Source: Sedimentisphaerales bacterium (GTDB taxonomy: Bacteria; Planctomycetota; Phycisphaerae; Sedimentisphaerales; Anaerobacaceae). From it: a DNA stretch of 32,000 nt. A model generated the notes under the pieces. It worked only from the letters and a program-made list of their open reading frames with translations. It made no database searches and was not told the origin of the DNA. Shown here piece after piece: positions 16,951-24,570 of this stretch (its first letter is position 1; each line of letters begins with the position of its first letter). A program made the translations under genes and the position numbers. Where the stretch lies: contig JBELAN010000009.1 of NCBI GenBank assembly GCA_049508795.1, forward strand, positions 64,729-96,728. The letters run 5' to 3'.

Positions 16951-18000
16951 TTAACCTATGGACTTATTATGGTCAACAAAAAAGTCTTTTGGCAAATGTG
17001 CACCTATTAAATGTATAACCACACCAGGCAAGGACCCAACAATCCAGAGGATTCGCTGTGAGGAAGCCAAAGCGAATGCCAGGTTTTCAGGCACCGCACA
17101 AACCTTGACAAACATCATTTTCAGCCACAATTCCATCACACCAACTCCGCCTACACTTATCGGCAACGTTCCCAACAACCAGGATATGGGGAAGAAAATA
17201 AAGTAATACTTGATATGTGCGGTAACACCCATATCTTTGCCTATCAGCCATATACCTATTATGCATACGCCCTGACAGGCAAAAGTCAGCAACAGGGCAT
17301 AACCAAGAGCAAGTTTCCTGCGGTAATATATATGAATCGCCATACGAATCTTGCGCAATCCTTCCAGGCCGCGTTCACGAATCAGCCCAAAAGCTCTACG
17401 TGACAAACCTCGTCCTTTCTCACTGCGCATAAAAACCACAGCAGCAAGCGCAACAGCCGCCGCTGTCCCGACAAGAAGCCATTTGTATGTTATTAAACGT
17501 GTCAGAAAATCACTGCCGAGAAATTTGGCCTCGAATTGCGGGCCGTTGTCCCCTGAAGGCAAAAACCAGTAAGAAAAAAAGGCCATAAAGACTATCCCAA
17601 CCAATCCTACTATCCTGTCAACAAATACACTCAATGCAGCTTCCAGTTTTCTTTCAGTGTGCTTGGTAACATACCATGCGCGAAGAACATCACCTCCCAC
17701 CGAACCCGGCAGGCAGTTGTTATAAAACAACCCGAGAAAATGTAGTCTCACAGCCGGCCAATACCCTATGTCAACAGACTGAACTCTCATCAACATGCAC
17801 CATCGCGTAACAAAAATCAATTGACCCACAATATAAGTGCCCAAACCTGTGGCAAAAATCCATAACCTTATCCCCAGCAATATCTTAATTACCTGCCGTA
17901 AATCAACCTTTCTGACTGCCAGATATAATGTAGCGGCGGCTATGAGAAAACGTAGCAGATATGATATGTATTTGCTTTTCTTGGTTTTGACTTCGGCCAT
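16951..18000 (-). CDS. Lysylphosphatidylglycerol synthase TM-region / UPF0104 flippase-like membrane protein
   Basis: 349 aa multi-pass; LHFLGLFYNNCLPGSVGGDVLRAWYV, ALSVFVDRIVGLVG, FPISWLLGTLPISVGGVGVMELWL. Confidence 0.88.
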   Translation of the reverse strand: MAEVKTKKSKYISYLLRFLIAAATLYLAVRKVDLRQVIKILLGIRLWIFATGLGTYIVGQLIFVTRWCMLMRVQSVDIGYWPAVRLHFLGLFYNNCLPGSVGGDVLRAWYVTKHTERKLEAALSVFVDRIVGLVGIVFMAFFSYWFLPSGDNGPQFEAKFLGSDFLTRLITYKWLLVGTAAAVALAAVVFMRSEKGRGLSRRAFGLIRERGLEGLRKIRMAIHIYYRRKLALGYALLLTFACQGVCIIGIWLIGKDMGVTAHIKYYFIFFPISWLLGTLPISVGGVGVMELWLKMMFVKVCAVPENLAFALASSQRILWIVGSLPGVVIHLIGAHLPKDFFVDHNKSIG

Positions 18001-18095
18001 TAAACTAATTTGCCTTTAAAAACTTGTTTTCGCAAATAATAACCGGTAAATTGATAACTGACAATTGAAAACTGACTATTTGAGGAATCCGACAG

Positions 18096-18536
18096 ATGGC
18101 TGCAAAACAGAATATCGAAGAAGGTATCGACTTTACTCCAAAGTTTGATAGCAACGGCTTAATCAGGACAATCGCCCAGGATGCGAAAACCGGCCAGGTC
18201 CTGATGGCCGCTTTTATGAATCGGCAGGCACTTGACTTGACAATTCAGACAGGCTTTGCCACATACTTTAGCACATCGCGACAAAAATTGTGGAAAAAAG
18301 GCGAAGAAAGTGGACACTTCCAGAAAGTAGAGCAGATACTCGTCGATTGTGACCAGGATTGCCTGCTCCTCAAAGTAACAGTCGATGCCGGCCAATGTCA
18401 CGTAGGCTACCAGTCCTGTTTCTACCGGGCATTGAAAAAGGGCAGCAGCGATAAGCTCGAATTCATCGCAGAAAAAGTCTATAACCCAAAAGAAACCTAC
18501 AAAAAACAGAAAAATCGCAGGCCCACATATCCGTAG
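18096..18536 (+). CDS. hisI: Phosphoribosyl-AMP cyclohydrolase
   Basis: 146 aa; IAQDAKTGQVLMAAFMNRQAL, TGFATYFSTSRQKLWKKGEESGHFQKV, VDCDQDCLLLKVTVDAGQCHVGYQSCFYR. Confidence 0.95.
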   Translation: MAAKQNIEEGIDFTPKFDSNGLIRTIAQDAKTGQVLMAAFMNRQALDLTIQTGFATYFSTSRQKLWKKGEESGHFQKVEQILVDCDQDCLLLKVTVDAGQCHVGYQSCFYRALKKGSSDKLEFIAEKVYNPKETYKKQKNRRPTYP

Positions 18537-18660
18537 AACTTCGCATGGCATCGTAGCTCAAGAAAACCCACATTGAAAGTCGATATAGATACCTGTAAGC
18601 CGGCAGCTTCCGGTGGATACAAATACTGTTCACTAAACACTAAATTACCAGGAGCAAACG

Positions 18661-19440
18661 TTGACAAGAGTAATCGAAAAACGCCTTTCGTTGCACAAAC
18701 ACCTTGTAAATCAACAACAGCAAAACGACGCCTTAAAATCCCACCTAACTCACCTCCAGGCCCTTGCCAACATCGGCACCGCTACCTGTATGGTCGCACA
18801 CGAAATCAATAATTTACTCACACCTCTGGCTAATTTCGCAACTCTTGCCCTCAACAATCCCGATGATAAACTCTTATCCGAAAAGGCGCTTCAAAAAGTC
18901 GTCCGCAATTGCGAACGCGCCTCCAAAATTATGGAAAGTATGCTCACCATAGCAAATGGCCGGACGCAAAAACAGAAAAACACACCCCTGATTACTTTGG
19001 TCGAAGACATTTTTACCTGTCTGTGCCGGGATTTTGCAAAAGATGGTATAACTGTAAATATGCAGATTCCACAGGATTTGACAGTTTGGGCTATACCTAT
19101 TCAGATTCAACAGGTTTTAATGAATCTAATTCTCAATGCCCGCGATGCAATGCTGCCCCGTGGCGGCATTCTGACCATCAAGGCCTGGGACACTGCCGAT
19201 GCAGTTCAAATAGAGCTCACCGACACCGGCTGTGGAATTGAACCAGCTAACTTGAAAAAGATTTTCCAGCCGTTTTTCACTACAAAGGCAAATGAAAAAT
19301 CGCCGTCGCAGCACTCAGGTTCCGGACTTGGTCTTCTCTTTGTCAAAAGAATAATAGATGACCATAACGGCTTCGTTTCGGTCGAATCCAAACCAGCCAG
19401 TGGAACAACATTCAAAATAACACTGCCCAAACCACATTAA
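18661..19440 (+). CDS. Soluble sensor histidine kinase (HisKA + HATPase_c), no membrane or obvious sensor domain; TTG start
   Basis: H-box VAHEINNLLTPL, N-box LMNLILNARDAM, G1 DTGCGI, G2 SGLGLLFVKRI; AGGAG ribosome-binding site 6-7 nt upstream of TTG at 18661. Confidence 0.88.
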   Translation: MTRVIEKRLSLHKHLVNQQQQNDALKSHLTHLQALANIGTATCMVAHEINNLLTPLANFATLALNNPDDKLLSEKALQKVVRNCERASKIMESMLTIANGRTQKQKNTPLITLVEDIFTCLCRDFAKDGITVNMQIPQDLTVWAIPIQIQQVLMNLILNARDAMLPRGGILTIKAWDTADAVQIELTDTGCGIEPANLKKIFQPFFTTKANEKSPSQHSGSGLGLLFVKRIIDDHNGFVSVESKPASGTTFKITLPKPH

Positions 19441-19472
19441 AGGTAACAACAAATAGTAACTCAAGCCATACC

Positions 19473-20900
19473 CTAATTATCGTCAATAATCGCTTTCGCT
19501 ATATCGTTGATTGCTTCTCGTGTCCCCCCCTTGGTTTTATTGGCCAGAATGGAAAATATATATTTCCCTCCCTTGCCGCTGCATATCCCTGAAAATGATG
19601 CAACGCCGCTGATATATCCGGTCTTGCCGAAAACTTTGCCCTTGTATTTTTCTTCTTTGAAATATTTGCCTATCGTTCCGTCTATCCCACCTGTCGCAAG
19701 CGAATTTTTATAAACATCCCAATTCTTGCTCTTATAGACGTCTAATAACACCTTCGTGATAGCATTTGCACTGAGTTTATTTTGCCTGCTCAGCCCGCTC
19801 CCGTCGTCGATATAAAATTCTCCCTTTTCAATCCCAAGTTCGAGCATGTACTTACTGATTAATTCCCGCCCTGCTGCCCAGCCGCCGTTTTTACCGTCCT
19901 GTGCAGCTTTGGCCGCAATGGTTTTAAAAAGTGCCTCCGCCGCCAAGCCGAGACTATTCTTGTTGCAGCGAACCAGACAATCGGTTACTGCGGTGCGATA
20001 TTCAGTAAGTCCTTTAAAATTGCAATCTTGAGGCATCGGCTTTTCAAGTATTTGTCCATCTACTTTAATTCCCGCCCCGGCTAAATGCTCCTGCAGCAAA
20101 AAACCAAAAAACTCGGCAGGTTTCTCAATCGCAACGTCGAACGGCCCTTCCTGCTTTTGGCACTTGCCTTTTATGCTGATGCTATTCGGCTTCTGATTGC
20201 GATACGCCCCCACCGCGCTTTTACCTGTCTGGATTGGCGTAACCTCATTGGTTATCTTTATAAAGCCGGTTTCCGGCTCGATGCCGACAGTTACTTTGCC
20301 GTTGGTATTTTTAACAGTTACCGCAATGCAATTGTCATTGAAATTGAGGCTGCTTACTTCGCAGGCGTACCATTGGTTTAATTGTTCCTTCGGCCAGTTC
20401 GGATGCACCCGTTCGTTATCAAATATACTGCTGTCGACGATAATGTCCTTGATGACTGTTATATTATTTTGTTTTAGTGCCGCCGTTATATCTTTAAATA
20501 TCCACCCCGGCTCTCTTTGGTATTTGGCATCCGTAACTTCGTCGCCCAATAGCGGATCGCCGCTCCCTTTTACTACTAACGTATCGCCGCAAAGACCGAC
20601 CTTTGTTTTAAACTCGTAATCCGGTCCTAAGTATTTCAATGTCGCTGCACCGGTAATTATCTTCATATTCGAAGCAGGTACCATTGCTTCGTTTGCATTA
20701 TGGCTATAAACCGCTTCTCCCGAATCTGCTTTTACTATGGCAATGGAGTATTGAACCTTTTTTTGGGAAGGTTGGTTGATAATACCGTCGATTCGCTCTG
20801 CCAGCTCCGCCGAAGCGGCGCTGACAAGACCGATGCTGAATATCGCCGCAGCTAATAATTTCTTCTTATGAAATTTCATAGTGCTGCAATTTATTACCAA
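19473..20900 (-). CDS. dacB: D-alanyl-D-alanine carboxypeptidase/endopeptidase, PBP4 (DacB) type (start probably ATG near 20879)
   Basis: Signal peptide MKFHKKKLLAAAIFSIGLVSAASA; SxxK in VPASNMKIITGAATLKYLG; DDGSGLSRQNKLS; GKTGYISG. Confidence 0.92.
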   Translation of the reverse strand: MVINCSTMKFHKKKLLAAAIFSIGLVSAASAELAERIDGIINQPSQKKVQYSIAIVKADSGEAVYSHNANEAMVPASNMKIITGAATLKYLGPDYEFKTKVGLCGDTLVVKGSGDPLLGDEVTDAKYQREPGWIFKDITAALKQNNITVIKDIIVDSSIFDNERVHPNWPKEQLNQWYACEVSSLNFNDNCIAVTVKNTNGKVTVGIEPETGFIKITNEVTPIQTGKSAVGAYRNQKPNSISIKGKCQKQEGPFDVAIEKPAEFFGFLLQEHLAGAGIKVDGQILEKPMPQDCNFKGLTEYRTAVTDCLVRCNKNSLGLAAEALFKTIAAKAAQDGKNGGWAAGRELISKYMLELGIEKGEFYIDDGSGLSRQNKLSANAITKVLLDVYKSKNWDVYKNSLATGGIDGTIGKYFKEEKYKGKVFGKTGYISGVASFSGICSGKGGKYIFSILANKTKGGTREAINDIAKAIIDDN

Positions 20901-21126
20901 AAATACTTACATAATTCAAGTAGAATGATAATTTCACGAGAACCACGACCCCCCAAAAACAAAAACAGGGCTGGGAGCGGAGGGAGAGGGAAAAAGCGAT
21001 ATAACCCAACCCTGATGATTGTTCCATTCATTTATGCCTCTATTGCCTGAAATTGTCAAGTAAAAAATTAATTTCTGGGGATATCCCCCCTTAAAGCTCC
21101 TAACAAACGAAAGGCGGTGTTGAAGC

Positions 21127-22104
21127 TTGACAGCGGCGGTTTTGACTCTAAAATCACAGTCTATGGCTGATTCCATTCAACGGAAGAAAAAGAAGAAACA
21201 TAACCCTCTCAAGGATTTGCTGGCTTATCTTGCATTGCGTGTCCTTGTGGTGTTTCTTTATTTATTCAATGTCGAGACCAATCTGAATGCCGCTTGTTTT
21301 CTCGGCCGATTATTATGGAAATACTACCATCGCGGCCGCAACCGGGCCTTGGACAATCTTCGCGCAAGTTTCCCTGAAAAGAGCGAGCAATGGGTCTGGC
21401 AGACAGGCCGGCGAAGCTTCGAGCATATTGCAATGCTGGCGGTGGATGTGCTGTTCACGCCTCGATTAGTGAAAAGATATAACTGGCGGAATTACTCACG
21501 ATATAAAAATGCCGAGAGGACCAAATGGCTGATGCAGGAAGGCCAAGGGTTGCTGATAGTCGGAGCCCATTACAGCAATTTCGAAATTGTAGGTTACCTG
21601 ATGGGGTTGTTCGGTTTTAATGTCTATAGTATTGCCCGCCCCTTAGACAACAAGTTCATTAACAAGCACCTGTACGGAGTTCGCCGGCGGATGGGGCAAA
21701 AAATAATCGATAAAAAAGGAGCGGCTAATCTGATGGGAAAAGCTGCTTCGACCGGCGCAACTCTATGTTTTATCGCCGACCAGGATGCCGGCAAAAAAGG
21801 AATCTTTGTTGACTTCTTCGGCCGAAAAGCCAGCACCTATAAAAGCATAGGATTAATCGCTATCACCAATAATATACCCATCGTAGTAGGATACAACAGG
21901 AGGGTCGGAAACCGTTTTTACTTTGAAATGGGGGTTGAGCGTATTATTTTCCCTGAGGAATGGGCCGACAAGGACGACCCGCTTGAGTGGGTTACGGCAG
22001 AATACACCAAAGCAATTGAAAATTTCGTGCGTGAAGACCCGAGCCAATACTGGTGGCTCCATAGGAGATGGAAGCATCAGCCAAAAATAGCAAAACATAA
22101 GTAG
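21127..22104 (+). CDS. LpxL/HtrB-like lipid A (lysophospholipid) acyltransferase (start may be ATG 21163)
   Basis: HX4E motif in GAHYSNFEIVGYLMG, RRRMGQKIIDKKGA, FIADQDAGKKGIFVDFFGRKASTYKS, SQYWWLHRRWK. Confidence 0.88.
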   Translation: MTAAVLTLKSQSMADSIQRKKKKKHNPLKDLLAYLALRVLVVFLYLFNVETNLNAACFLGRLLWKYYHRGRNRALDNLRASFPEKSEQWVWQTGRRSFEHIAMLAVDVLFTPRLVKRYNWRNYSRYKNAERTKWLMQEGQGLLIVGAHYSNFEIVGYLMGLFGFNVYSIARPLDNKFINKHLYGVRRRMGQKIIDKKGAANLMGKAASTGATLCFIADQDAGKKGIFVDFFGRKASTYKSIGLIAITNNIPIVVGYNRRVGNRFYFEMGVERIIFPEEWADKDDPLEWVTAEYTKAIENFVREDPSQYWWLHRRWKHQPKIAKHK

Positions 22105-22127
22105 CAACAGATTGTGTTACATAAATA

Positions 22128-23420
22128 ATGAAATCGAAAATTCTCCTGTTAAATCCGCCGATTTATGATTTTGCCACTTACGATTTTTGGCTAAAGCCTT
22201 ATGGCATGTTAAGTATAGCAGGATACCTGCGCAACAAAGCCGATTTCATCCTCTTCGATTATCTCGACCGTCTGCATCCATTTATGGCCGGGCAAAAGGA
22301 GCTGCAATTTGACGAATGGGGGCGGGGTCGATTTTACTGCGAACAGGTTACAAGCCCCCCCTGCCTGATACAAATCCCAAGGTATTTTCGGCGGTTTGGC
22401 CTGCCCCGCAGTATGTTTCAGCATTTCTTGGCGAAACAACAGCCGTGCGATTTTATACTTGTTCAAACGATGATGACCTATTGGTATCCCGGCGTTCAGG
22501 AAATAATTGAGGACATCCGCCAATTCTGGCCAAAAGCAAAAATCATACTCGGCGGCAACTACGTTACACTCTGTTACAATCACGCACAAAAGTTGGGTGC
22601 GGATTTTTTGGTGCGGGACGCCGACTTACAACCGCTGTGGGGATATTTAAACATCACGCCGGACTTGAAACAGCCGGCTTTGTGGGAGGTTTATGAAAAA
22701 CTAAACGTCGGTGTTCTGAAACTGTCCGATGGTTGCCCTTTTAATTGCACCTACTGCTCGGTGCCTAAGGTTTACAGTAAATTCAGTGCCCGGCCGATGG
22801 AACACTCGCTTACCGAATTGCAGCTTCTGGCGAGGCGAGGAGTTAAAAATATCGCCTTCTATGATGATGCCCTGTTGTTCGATGCCGAAAAAGTCCTTAT
22901 ACCATTTTTAGAAGAAGGGTTGAAATATGAGATAAAGGTGAATTTCCATACGCCCAATGCCATTAATGCGCGTTTTATCACGAGCGAACTGGCCAAACTA
23001 ATGGTGCAGGCCGGATTTAAAACCTTTTATCTGGGTTTCGAGAGCGCTTCTACAGAATGGCAGCAGCGCACCGGCTCAAAAGTTTTTAGCGATGAACTTG
23101 TGCAGGCGGTCAAGCATCTTTTCGCCGCCGGAGCGGAGCCGACAAACATTACCGCATATCAGATTCTTGGGCATCCGCACGGTAACATTCAGGAGCTGGA
23201 GAAATCGATGCGTTTTGCGAATAGTCTGGGCATCCGCGGAATGCTGGCGGACTTCTCGCCGATACCAGGAACACCTGACGGCGAATACTGTCGCAAATGG
23301 GTGGATATGGATGAGCCGCTGTTCCACAACAAGACCGCATTTCCGAACATCCTGCTGGGCTTCGATGAAACAAACCGCCTCAAAGACCTCCAGCGACAGT
23401 TGAATCGAAGCATTGGTTAA
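22128..23420 (+). CDS. Radical SAM protein with N-terminal B12-binding-like region
   Basis: 430 aa; CPFNCTYC (CX3CX2C), FYDDALLFDAEK, MVQAGFKTFYLGFES, ITAYQILGHPHG; N-terminal ILLLNPPIYDF...YGMLSIAGYLR. Confidence 0.88.
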   Translation: MKSKILLLNPPIYDFATYDFWLKPYGMLSIAGYLRNKADFILFDYLDRLHPFMAGQKELQFDEWGRGRFYCEQVTSPPCLIQIPRYFRRFGLPRSMFQHFLAKQQPCDFILVQTMMTYWYPGVQEIIEDIRQFWPKAKIILGGNYVTLCYNHAQKLGADFLVRDADLQPLWGYLNITPDLKQPALWEVYEKLNVGVLKLSDGCPFNCTYCSVPKVYSKFSARPMEHSLTELQLLARRGVKNIAFYDDALLFDAEKVLIPFLEEGLKYEIKVNFHTPNAINARFITSELAKLMVQAGFKTFYLGFESASTEWQQRTGSKVFSDELVQAVKHLFAAGAEPTNITAYQILGHPHGNIQELEKSMRFANSLGIRGMLADFSPIPGTPDGEYCRKWVDMDEPLFHNKTAFPNILLGFDETNRLKDLQRQLNRSIG

Positions 23421-23478
23421 GGATGGTTGATTATCATCAGGCCGATTATATAATGTAAGTGACGATAAGGAGTAAATA

Positions 23479-24570
23479 GTGAAAAGAAAAAGGTCGATTG
23501 CGATTCTCACCGGCGGCGGCGATTGCCCCGGGACAAACGCGGTAATCAGAGCGGTTGCAAAAAAAGCGATTCTCGAACTCGGAATAGAGGTCATCGGCAT
23601 TGAGGACGGATTCGAGGGGCTTATTAACCGCAAGTGGAGAAAGCTTCATTACGAGGATGTCTCTGGAATTTTGACAATCGGCGGCACGATATTAGGCACA
23701 TCCAACAAGTCCGACCCCTACAGATATGCCGTCGAAAAGGGAAAGTCACTGCGGTTTCGTAACGTCTCGAAAACGGTTATTGCAAACCTGAAAAAGCTCG
23801 ATGTTGAGTGTCTGGTGTGCATCGGCGGTGATGGGACTTTATTCATCGCAAACAGATTGCATAAGGGTGGTGTCCCCATTGTGGCTGTGCCTAAGACCAT
23901 AGACAATGATTTGCGCGGGACGGATGTTACGTTTGGTTTTGATACTGCTGTTTCGATTGCAGCCGAAGCCATCGACCGGGTTCACACCACTGCCCAGTCG
24001 CACCATCGAGTGATGATTGTCGAGGTGATGGGCCGGACCGCTGGCTGGATAGCACTATATTCGGGGGTCGCAGGCGGAGGCGACATAATCCTTATCCCCG
24101 AAATTCCTTACGATATTGAATCTGTGGCCAGCAAAGTCAAAGACAGGAATAGAATGGGCAAAAGATTCAGCATAGTGGTTGTTTCCGAGGGAGCAAAGCC
24201 GAAAGGCGGCGATGTCGTAATACAGAAAATTGTAAAGAACAGCCCTGAGCAAGTTCGTCTGGGCGGGATAAGTTTTGTGCTTGGACATCAGATAGAACAG
24301 GTAACCGGTATAGAGACACGTCAGGTTGTGCTGGGGCATTTGCAGCGAGGCGGCTCTCCGACGCCGACCGACAGGGTCCTTGCGACCCGGCTTGGAACGA
24401 AAGCGGTTGAGCTGATTGAGACCAGACAGTTTGGATATATGGCAGCGGTGAAAGGAAACGACGTTGTTGCTGTTAAGCTCGAAGAGATTGCCAAAGGCCC
24501 CCGAAATGTCCCGCTCGAACATCCGCTGATAATATCTGCACGGTCCGTCGGCACGTGCTTCGGCGATTAA
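23479..24570 (+). CDS. 6-phosphofructokinase family (PfkA-like)
   Basis: 363 aa; ILTGGGDCPGTNAVIRAV, GTILGTSNKSDPY, CIGGDGTLFIANRL, VPKTIDNDLRGTDVTFGFDTAV, VEVMGRTAGWIAL, VLGHLQRGGSPTPTDRVLATRLG. Confidence 0.94.
   Translation: MKRKRSIAILTGGGDCPGTNAVIRAVAKKAILELGIEVIGIEDGFEGLINRKWRKLHYEDVSGILTIGGTILGTSNKSDPYRYAVEKGKSLRFRNVSKTVIANLKKLDVECLVCIGGDGTLFIANRLHKGGVPIVAVPKTIDNDLRGTDVTFGFDTAVSIAAEAIDRVHTTAQSHHRVMIVEVMGRTAGWIALYSGVAGGGDIILIPEIPYDIESVASKVKDRNRMGKRFSIVVVSEGAKPKGGDVVIQKIVKNSPEQVRLGGISFVLGHQIEQVTGIETRQVVLGHLQRGGSPTPTDRVLATRLGTKAVELIETRQFGYMAAVKGNDVVAVKLEEIAKGPRNVPLEHPLIISARSVGTCFGD

Noticed and set aside
24055-24522. 155 aa ORF antisense to phosphofructokinase
   Set aside because: Fully overlaps the conserved C-terminal half of the PFK gene; no independent support.
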